From assembly GCA_050633305.1 (NCBI GenBank), contig JBOEGF010000056.1, forward strand, positions 1 to 13,739: DNA of 13,739 bases. Direction: 5' to 3'. The notes under the pieces are model-generated. The model saw nothing but the letters and a program-made list of their open reading frames with translations, was not told the DNA's origin and did no database searches. How positions within the stretch are numbered: the first letter of the stretch is position 1; each line of letters begins with the position of its first letter. Source of the DNA: Nannocystales bacterium. GTDB lineage: Bacteria > Myxococcota_A > Polyangia > Nannocystales > Nannocystaceae. The position numbers were made by a program, and so were the translations under genes. This document shows positions 6,698 to 13,739 of this stretch, one piece after another.

Positions 6698-7993
6698 CTA
6701 CGGCACGATCGGCAGGAGGGCTTTGCCGGCAACGCCCGCGGTCCGGGTGCAATAGGCACCCGTCCGGCGCGGGTCAGGATCCATCTCTCCAATCCGGTCG
6801 TCCCACTCGGTGACTGACTCCGATTCGCAGCCATTGCGGCGGCAGCACTTCGACTCGATCGCGCCAGCGGGTGTTAGGCCGGGGAAGGTCGTCGCCAGCT
6901 GCGTCCCGGCAGGGCAGTAGCTCGCCCCCACAAAGCTCGCGCCTTCGAGTTTGGCGCCCGTGAAGTCCGCCGCGATCAGGTTGGCTCCGTCGAGGGTCGC
7001 GCCGACCAGTGATGCTCCCTGGAGCTTTGCGCCGCGTAGCAGTGCACCGGTGAGATCCACTTTCCACATCTCGACCCCAAACAGCTCTGCGCCGAAGAGG
7101 TTTGCCCACGCCAGGTCCGCACCCGCCATCTTGAGTCCCACCGATCGCCTGAGGTGTTTGAGTGTGGCCCCTCGCATTTTCGCCTGGTGCAGGTTCACAA
7201 ATCGTAGCGTTGCGTATTCGAACGAGGCCTCCCCGAGATAGGCGTTGTCGAAGGTCGCGGAGTGAAGCGAGATGCGACTGAGGTCGGCGCCGCACAGGTC
7301 CGCGCCAGAAAAATCGCTCGTCACAGATGGGTTTTCGTGGGTTCCAGTGTTGCGAATGCCGTCGATCGCGGCGATTTCGCGGACGGCCCCAGCTCGTTCG
7401 CGAACACTCGACGCCACGCAGATCGTGTCGCCTCCGTCGCCACGCATTTCGCTCGGCAAACACTGCCGGGTCGCGTACAGCGACCGCACGCTGAGCGTGT
7501 AGCGGCTCGCTTGCTGCTGAGCATCCTGCCGATCGGCTTGGTGTTGCACGAGCGCGTTGGCCTTCCTCTGCTCTTCAAGAGACTTTAGCAGTGCTTGCTG
7601 TTGCTCCTCGATGAGGTCGTTTTGCGTACCGAGCAGCTCGTTTTGCGCACCGAGCAGCTCGTTTTGCCAGATCAATAACGCAGTCGGGAACAGGGCCAGC
7701 GCAACCGTTAACGCGCCAACCCGAAGGACCCGTCGGATGACCGCGGCGGCAACCTGTGCCGTTTCTGGACTGGGGACCGGATCGCCCGCTTGTCTTGCCA
7801 ACCTCCAGCGCTCGATTGACTGGTCGAGGTCGGCGCCCACGAAAACACGGGCAGCGAAACCACCAGCCCAGCCCCAACGCTGTCGTCGTGCCCGCTCCGC
7901 CGCGTCAACCCGGGTTCGGAGCCTCCGGAGTTGGCTCAGCTCTCGACGTTCCTGGTCGGCCAGCGGCTGGGCGTCCGACATGGGCTGGTTCAT
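6698..7993 (-). CDS. Membrane-anchored pentapeptide-repeat protein with coiled coil
   Basis: Repeats such as FSGADLCGADLSRISL, LAWANLFGAEL, LTGALLRGAKLQGASLVGATLDGANLIAADFTGAKLEGASFVGA; TM segment ALTVALALFPTALLIW; Q-rich coil. Start uncertain (8032, 7993 or 7981). Confidence 0.88.
   Translation of the reverse strand: MNQPMSDAQPLADQERRELSQLRRLRTRVDAAERARRQRWGWAGGFAARVFVGADLDQSIERWRLARQAGDPVPSPETAQVAAAVIRRVLRVGALTVALALFPTALLIWQNELLGAQNELLGTQNDLIEEQQQALLKSLEEQRKANALVQHQADRQDAQQQASRYTLSVRSLYATRQCLPSEMRGDGGDTICVASSVRERAGAVREIAAIDGIRNTGTHENPSVTSDFSGADLCGADLSRISLHSATFDNAYLGEASFEYATLRFVNLHQAKMRGATLKHLRRSVGLKMAGADLAWANLFGAELFGVEMWKVDLTGALLRGAKLQGASLVGATLDGANLIAADFTGAKLEGASFVGASYCPAGTQLATTFPGLTPAGAIESKCCRRNGCESESVTEWDDRIGEMDPDPRRTGAYCTRTAGVAGKALLPIVP
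7617..7667. repeat. In-frame 21-bp tandem repeat (about 2.4 copies) encoding QNELLGA/QNELLGT heptads
   Basis: TCGTTTTGCGTACCGAGCAGC / TCGTTTTGCGCACCGAGCAGC / TCGTTTTGC. Confidence 0.9.
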
Positions 7994-8341
7994 CGGGGCT
8001 GGATGGTAGCAGTGTATCGGCCGCACAGGCATTGACGCCGGCGTTCAGCGCAGACGCCACCCAGCTCGGCGTGCTAGTTCAGCGGCACCTTCTGCCCCGA
8101 ATGGCCCAGCAGGCCGGCTTGGAGCGGCCTTTCCCTTTTCGGATCAAACGCGCGTCGGGATCGGTATTCGGACGGATCGAGCAACTCGATGCGCCGCCCT
8201 CGATGATCGATATCGATCGCGGGACCTCACATCGGCCGCAATACAGTCACAGAAAATTCGACAAAGTGTGACTCCCTGGCTTCCGGGGACAGGTCGATTT
8301 CGATTTTAACCTCGGATCGGCCGTGGCAGGGTAGGAGCGCG

Positions 8342-9388
8342 ATGCAGCTCGCGCTCTTCAGAACTCCGCCCCCCGAGCGTCGGCGAACGTCGGCCTCGGT
8401 GAGGGTGGGGGGACCTTCGGTCTCGAAGGCATCGAAACGAGGGCTCGAGATTCGGCTGCAGCGGCGGACTGATGCGCCGGCGATCGTCAGTGACCCGCGG
8501 CTGTCGTTTCTCAAGCCGGCACCGCCGAGTCTGGAGAAGGAGGGTAGGGGGGAGGTCGATGCGAAGGCCGTCAGGCTCGACCGCCCCGTCGTGGACCCGG
8601 TCGACGTCGAAGCCGAGCTTGAGCGAGCTGTCGTCGAGCTCGACGTCGACGCGAGGGCAGGGGAGTCCTCAAAAGAAAACTCGGCCGAACTCGCGCCGCA
8701 TCCGACTCGCGGCAAGCTCATGCCGCCCGAGGTGCTCACGGATGTCGAGGTTCGGGCGCTCATCGGCGCGTGCTCGACTCGTGGGATCACCGGGCACCGG
8801 AACCGGGCGTTACTCGCGATCCTCTGGCGGACCGGAGTCCGGATCTCGGAGGCGCTCGAGCTTCGGCCGCACGACGTAGACTTCAAGAACGGCACCGTGC
8901 GCGTGCGACTCGGCAAAGGGCTCAAGCCGCGGACGACCGTACTCTCAGACCTCGACGCGTTGCCGGCGGTCGAGCGCTGGCTTGAGGAGCGCGGGAAACT
9001 GGAGACCGTGGCGCAGGGGGCTCCGCTGCTCTGCACGCTCAAGGGCACCCCCACCGACCCGAGTTACGCCCGGCACTTGCTGCCTCGGCTGGCCAAGCGG
9101 GCCGGTCTGGAGCGGCGGGTCCACCCCCACGGGCTGCGACACACCCATGCCGCCGACCTGGCGCTCGCGGGGGTACCCGTGCTCGCGATCCAGCAGCAGC
9201 TCGGACACAGCTCCCTCGTCACCACCGCCAACTACCTTCGGCGTGTGGCCGTCCACCTCGATACCGCGAAGATCATCCGACCTTCCGTGTTAACGCGAAA
9301 GTTTCGACGCCATAAGCCCTTCGGGCGGCACCATGCTCGCTTGCTCCAATGGCGTGCGACCATCGTCGTTCAATGGGCCAACTGCTAG
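8342..9388 (+). CDS. Tyrosine recombinase/integrase (catalytic domain with low-complexity N-terminal extension)
   Basis: Full catalytic set: RNRALLAILWRTGVRISE (R), GKGLKPR (K), HPHGLRH (HxxR), LGHSS (H), TTANY (Y). AGGAG precedes ATG 8342; an alternative start is ATG 8720. Confidence 0.93.
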   Translation: MQLALFRTPPPERRRTSASVRVGGPSVSKASKRGLEIRLQRRTDAPAIVSDPRLSFLKPAPPSLEKEGRGEVDAKAVRLDRPVVDPVDVEAELERAVVELDVDARAGESSKENSAELAPHPTRGKLMPPEVLTDVEVRALIGACSTRGITGHRNRALLAILWRTGVRISEALELRPHDVDFKNGTVRVRLGKGLKPRTTVLSDLDALPAVERWLEERGKLETVAQGAPLLCTLKGTPTDPSYARHLLPRLAKRAGLERRVHPHGLRHTHAADLALAGVPVLAIQQQLGHSSLVTTANYLRRVAVHLDTAKIIRPSVLTRKFRRHKPFGRHHARLLQWRATIVVQWANC

Positions 9389-10293
9389 CGCTTAGGGACT
9401 ACTTCCGGCTGCGGCGAGCCACCCCGATGCCTCCCGTTGCAGATTGGAACTCGCTGGAGATCCTGAAGGACTCCGGTCCCGCCCCGAGAGTTCAGGACTT
9501 ACACCCGTTCGTGTTTCATCCGAATGCCCTAGATGCGGCCGAGAACCACGCGCACAAGGACGGCACATGGGCTGACTTCAACTACCTGCTTGACCTGCCG
9601 TTCGAGCGGGTCTGGATTGAAGCGTTTGATGGAGCAGCGCTCCACGAACTCATTGGCCCGTTGCCCGGGGCGGCAGACTATGAGAGCGGGACCCTCGCTT
9701 TCACCGCCTGGGGCATGGCGATCCACGAGCTGTCGCCAGGCGACTACGCGTTGGAAATGCTCGGTGAAATGTGCATCGAGGATGGCAAGATCGATCACCC
9801 GCTCTTCCTGAAGAACGACGGCCGTGCGACGCCCCAGCTGATCTGGAAGCATCGGCTCACCCCCAACGCCGGGACCGGCGCCCACGGCTGGGACGACGCG
9901 ATTCTCTTCATGAAACTCCAGAAGCTCTTCCGATTCGCCCGCGGTGAGGGCACGGTTGCGGGCGCATCAAGAGCCCGGTCGATCTCCGTCGGCAAAGGGA
10001 TGAAGAAGCGCTTCGTGGAGGTGAAAGACCTCGTCCACATCGTACTCAAACGAGATCGCGTCGAGTATGAGCGGCAGACCGGCCTCGAAGGCAAAGTTGA
10101 CTGGACCCACAAGTGGCAGGTGCGCGGCCATTGGAGGAAGGTCGACGGCATCGGAAAGGACCGCTCCGGGTCGTACCAGGTCAAAGGGGCGACCTGGGTG
10201 AACCCGCATCAGAAGGGAAAAGGCCCTCTCGTCGAAAAAATCCGGTTCGTTCGCTCTGGGGCGGAAGCGGGGGATGACGGGAAGTGCAACTGA
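9373..10293 (+). CDS. Hypothetical mobile-element protein with C-terminal VRGHWR...WV.P motif (possible distant AcrVA2/FinQ-like)
   Basis: Long ORF with GC-rich third codon positions overlapping the integrase end. Motifs LLDLPFERVWIE and WTHKWQVRGHWRKV...WVNPHQKG. Start uncertain (9349, 9373 or 9427). Confidence refers to it being a CDS; the family call is weaker. Confidence 0.8.
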   Translation: MGQLLALRDYFRLRRATPMPPVADWNSLEILKDSGPAPRVQDLHPFVFHPNALDAAENHAHKDGTWADFNYLLDLPFERVWIEAFDGAALHELIGPLPGAADYESGTLAFTAWGMAIHELSPGDYALEMLGEMCIEDGKIDHPLFLKNDGRATPQLIWKHRLTPNAGTGAHGWDDAILFMKLQKLFRFARGEGTVAGASRARSISVGKGMKKRFVEVKDLVHIVLKRDRVEYERQTGLEGKVDWTHKWQVRGHWRKVDGIGKDRSGSYQVKGATWVNPHQKGKGPLVEKIRFVRSGAEAGDDGKCN

Positions 10294-10353
10294 CAACGTT
10301 GACTCGGGGCCTGGCGCACGAGGATTCCGTTGCGTTGTTCCCCATGCCCTGAG

Positions 10354-10886
10354 TCAGGGCCGAGCAGAGGAGGGACTGCGCACCTCATAGTTGAAAAACG
10401 CGAGGGCGACGTGACCGCCCACAGCGCCCCGCAGCCTGGAGAGCATTTCTCCCCACTCCGGGAGGAGCCCCGCGTCCCAGTACTCATCCGGCCGAACACC
10501 GACTTCCGCGGGCATCCACTCGCCGACGCTGTAGGGAGCACCATCCGCGATCCGCCGAAACACCCTCTCGGACTCGACCAACCGATGCTCGGCGTGCACT
10601 GGAACCGGCGCTGAGAAGCACGGAATATCGGGAGACGACCACCTAACGATCTGCCACCCTACGTTGGCCCCATCTACGTGCCGGCATGCGACCGCGAACA
10701 CTTCTCGTCGCGGACGGTCGCGGCCTCCGAACTCCACCGCCACGACGTCGTGAGCGACAAGCCCCGACGACTGACAGCGCTTGCGGTCACCGAGGAGCGA
10801 ATCTAGCAATCTAGCAGCCGGCGCCAGACGACTGGACCCGGGGCAGCAGAGGGGCCAACTCGTCCCAGCAACCTGAGAGCAGCCAC
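10354..10886 (-). pseudogene. Hypothetical protein, possibly frameshifted by an 8-bp duplication
   Basis: ORF 10354-10809 has protein-like composition and GC-rich third positions. Removing one AATCTAGC copy (10800-10815) extends the frame to GTG 10886, preceded by GAGAAGG (174 aa). Confidence 0.45.
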
Positions 10887-10951
10887 GTGTCCGACCTTCT
10901 CGAGCGGGAAGCTGGAGTCACCAAAAGCACAAGGATGTTACTCTTCGTCCA

Positions 10952-12115
10952 GTGCTACGCCGTGCCACGACTGCAGCTTCCCTTGCCACATGCACCTTTC
11001 TTTTTGGATGCGCACAACACAACTTGGTTAAGGGTCTTGTAAACAAGGACATCGAACGCGTGAGAGCGTCACTGGCGGATGGAGCTGACCCGAACCACGA
11101 GTATGCGAAACCGACCTTTCCGATGTTTCGACCTGATGTCGATGGGAAACCGCTTGAGATCGTGTGTCACGGTGGAAATGGAGAGTTTCGACGAAAGGGA
11201 TTTCAGGACAGCGCCACTGGCGCCCTCCTGGAGGCAGGCGCAAGCTTTGACACTGGTTCCGGAAGCGACTGCGGCCCGCTTTCTTGCTTTCTCCGCAAAC
11301 ACGACCTCGGGGCAGTTGAGCTACTTCTTGAGGCAGGGGCCGACCCTCGACCTGAAAAAAAGTGTAGCGGCGAAGCTCCGCTCCTTACTGTCTTTGAGGA
11401 CTCTGATCTGCGAGGCAAGGGAGAGTTAACTCAATTGCTTATCGAGAGAGGGGCCGACCCGAGCCCCGCTCTTCATTCGGCCGCCCTGGCATATCTGCAA
11501 GAGCATGTAGAGCTTGACACTGTAACCTTGCTTCTCGACGCTGGCGCAGACCCGAACTTCGAGAGCTCAAAGTCTTACACCAGAAAACACGGAGGTTCCC
11601 GATCAAAGGAGCGGGGGCTCCTCCCTTTGGATGTGACGTTTAAAGATCTTGTGTCGCAAGAGCGAAAACTTGCCGTTGTGACACTGCTTCTGGAGCGCGG
11701 GGCCTCTACAGAGCCATATCACGGCACCGCATGGGGAGAGTTTGCAAGCATCCATACGCCTGAGCTGACCGTCCTTCTTGAAGAAGAGTTTCAGATGTAC
11801 GAGTATGTACAGGACGACGAGCCGCCGAGCCAGCTGGACTTGCTGCTAGGCGAAGCCGTAAGGCGAACCGTCAGAGACCTCGAGACGGGCAGTCCGGAGG
11901 CTCAAGGTGGAGCTGCCTGCGTGAAAAACGTGCATGCCGGCAAGACCATTGACCGCAAGCTCTCGGATTCGTGGGATGGCACTGACACTAGCTGCGTGGT
12001 CTTCGCTTGCGGAGATTCCAACATAGACAAAACGCTTTGCCAGAAGCCAGACGGCACTTGGCGTGGCGGAAAAGACCTGACAAGCGCCCTCAGAGAAGCT
12101 TGCGATTGCGACTGA
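10952..12115 (+). CDS. Ankyrin-repeat lipoprotein with Cys-rich C-terminal domain, 387 aa
   Basis: Signal peptide MLRR...TFLFG-C20 (lipobox); ankyrin turns LADGADPN, LLEAGAS, LLEAGADP, LIERGADP, LLDAGADPN, LLERGAS; six Cys in the last ~65 aa. Confidence 0.85.
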   Translation: MLRRATTAASLATCTFLFGCAQHNLVKGLVNKDIERVRASLADGADPNHEYAKPTFPMFRPDVDGKPLEIVCHGGNGEFRRKGFQDSATGALLEAGASFDTGSGSDCGPLSCFLRKHDLGAVELLLEAGADPRPEKKCSGEAPLLTVFEDSDLRGKGELTQLLIERGADPSPALHSAALAYLQEHVELDTVTLLLDAGADPNFESSKSYTRKHGGSRSKERGLLPLDVTFKDLVSQERKLAVVTLLLERGASTEPYHGTAWGEFASIHTPELTVLLEEEFQMYEYVQDDEPPSQLDLLLGEAVRRTVRDLETGSPEAQGGAACVKNVHAGKTIDRKLSDSWDGTDTSCVVFACGDSNIDKTLCQKPDGTWRGGKDLTSALREACDCD

Positions 12116-12431
12116 GCAAACCTGCGACGCTTGAGCGTCTCGGTAGCCCGGCAAAAAAAAAAGACGCCGATAATCTGGATTATGTCCAATGAGGACAGGA
12201 TGCACCTGTAGGACAGGTTCGATCGTAGCGCAGTAGCGCCACCAAAACAAGCTCGCCACGTGCCATCTGCGCCGGAGCGCGGGCTGCTCAAACGGGACTT
12301 CTTTTTTGCAAGCGCCCGCTGCCGAGCTGCCCACAGCAGCCCCTAGGAGATCAAGCAGCTGCCAGGGTTGGCTATCGTCCGACGTTGCCCCGGTTGCCCC
12401 TGATAAGCCTGATAAGGGCTGAGGCTGGAGG

Positions 12432-13193
12432 TCAGAGCGTGAAGCCGACGCGGTACTGAGACGGTGTCTGCCCCATGAGGTCCCGAAACGCAGACTGGAA
12501 CGCCGAGAGCGACGCGTAGCCGACGTCCATCGCGATCTGGGTCACCGAGCGATCGGTGCCTGCGAGCTGCTCGATCGCTCGAAGCACGCGGAGGCGCCGT
12601 AGCGCGGCTCGCCAGGTCATGCCGAGTTCCTGTTCGAATCGCCGGGCCAACGATCGCGACGCCATCCCGATCTCGTCGGCGATGTCGGTAAGCCGAGGAT
12701 CGTCGGCGAGCCGCGCCTCCGTGATCGCAAGCGCTCGCCGGACCTCCGCCGATCGCCCGGCGGGCATGTGCGCCGGACTCGGATGCGCGGCAAGAGCCCA
12801 CGCAACCTCGGCCAGTGCGCGAAACATCGCGAGCGCGTAGGCGTCGAGCGGCGCAGCCTCGTCACCCCACTGTGCGCACTCGGTGATGAGCGCGTGAGCG
12901 AGCTGTGTCAGGTCGACGACCGCGAGGTTCGTCGGTGGTGCCGGGGCGAATGTCGTGCTGAAGAGCACCGAAGCGGTCGTGGCCCGTTGCGGGATCGTGA
13001 CCTGGATCGGCACTGCCGCCCGGATGATCGCCGCCCGGGCCGGCGGCAGTGACCAGGTCGTTCCGTCGACCTCCAGCCGCAGCGCTCCGCGAGAGGCGGC
13101 AAGTAGATAGTGCCGGTTGACGCACAACGGCTGCGCCGGCGTTGACTGGAACTCACGGACGAAGCTGAACGCCGGCCGCTGCACACCGCACAC
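12432..13193 (-). CDS. AraC-family transcriptional regulator (cupin-like N-domain plus double HTH)
   Basis: HYLL....G.L.LEV....W.LPPARAA.I; C-terminal IADEIGMASRSLARRFEQELGMTW...SVTQIAMDVGYASLSAFQSAFRDLMGQTPSQYR. Confidence 0.95.
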   Translation of the reverse strand: MCGVQRPAFSFVREFQSTPAQPLCVNRHYLLAASRGALRLEVDGTTWSLPPARAAIIRAAVPIQVTIPQRATTASVLFSTTFAPAPPTNLAVVDLTQLAHALITECAQWGDEAAPLDAYALAMFRALAEVAWALAAHPSPAHMPAGRSAEVRRALAITEARLADDPRLTDIADEIGMASRSLARRFEQELGMTWRAALRRLRVLRAIEQLAGTDRSVTQIAMDVGYASLSAFQSAFRDLMGQTPSQYRVGFTL

Positions 13194-13202
13194 TATCGCC
13201 CT

Positions 13203-13517
13203 TCAAGCGACGGTCTCCACCAACTCGACCAGGAAGCGGCGGCTGGACGGCGTCCCGATCATCATCGGACGGAGGCGAGCAACCGAACGGGCAAACGACT
13301 CCGACGCGAGGTACGCGTCAAAAGATGGCTGGTCGGCCCACTCGTGGAGCACAGTTATATCATTGTCGTTTTGCCGGCTCGAGAAGGCCCGGATCGCGAG
13401 ACAGCCCGGCATTGCGGCGATCCCAGGCTGTTCACGCTCAAGCTGGGCGATGGCGGCCGCTCGGTCCGCGGCGGCCGTCGAAAAGTCGAGGATGGCAATG
13501 AAGGAGGGCGTTGTCAT
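13203..13517 (-). CDS. Antibiotic biosynthesis monooxygenase (ABM/putative quinol monooxygenase) family protein, 104 aa
   Basis: AMPGCL..RAF.......ITVLHEWADQPSFDAYLASESF matches the ABM pattern. Start ATG 13517; 9 bp gap to the AraC gene suggests an operon. Confidence 0.88.
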   Translation of the reverse strand: MTTPSFIAILDFSTAAADRAAAIAQLEREQPGIAAMPGCLAIRAFSSRQNDNDITVLHEWADQPSFDAYLASESFARSVARLRPMMIGTPSSRRFLVELVETVA

Positions 13518-13556
13518 GCATCCATGGTGCGCCGACCCGGAACGAACGCGCTGCCG

Positions 13557-13587
13557 CCGAACGGACGAAAACACGCTCCGAACGGCC
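13557..13587 (-). promoter_or_regulatory. Candidate AraC operator: direct repeat with 21-bp period
   Basis: CCGAACGGAC (13557-13566) and CCGAACGGCC (13578-13587) lie just upstream of a poor -35. A -10-like CACCAT (13524-13529, minus) is 6 nt before the ATG. Confidence 0.6.
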
Positions 13588-13739
13588 AACCGTCGAGGGC
13601 TTTGGACGGCGATCCTCGCGCGCGATTAACGCCTCGGGTTCGAGACGCTTCCTCCGAACTGGCCAGCGCGATCGTTTTCGATCCTCGGGCCGGGGTCCAT
13701 CGGTGTCCGATAAAAAGTGCGGATTCAGTCGGTCAGCGC

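Noticed and set aside
10641..10669. Integron attC site (ACCTAAC...GTTGGCC) and the integrase as IntI
   Set aside because: Too short, with no L boxes, and the recombinase lacks the IntI-specific insertion.

Overview
GC-rich bacterial accessory region; the gene and IS types look Myxococcota-like, but that is inference. The left 3.7 kb is a pile of decayed mobile DNA: an IS66 tnpC fragment bracketed by copies of a perfect 37-bp GTAAG...CTTAC palindrome, a truncated tandem copy of an rpn gene, an intact Rpn/YhgA nuclease gene with a probable internal antitoxin (RpnS) start, and nested IS1202, IS630 and IS66 remnants. Next come an overlapping two-gene operon (YLATT-like 3-TM protein with a coiled coil and wHTH, plus a Sll1717/FunZ-like P-loop NTPase; candidate defence system), a membrane pentapeptide-repeat protein, and a catalytic-domain-only tyrosine recombinase with an N-terminal QLALF motif. 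The recombinase overlaps a protein with an RGHW motif reminiscent of AcrVA2/FinQ. The right end holds a frameshifted orphan ORF, an ankyrin-repeat lipoprotein, and an ABM monooxygenase + AraC pair with a likely operator. No rRNA, tRNA or canonical CRISPR array was seen. All family assignments are motif recognition from memory, not database searches.
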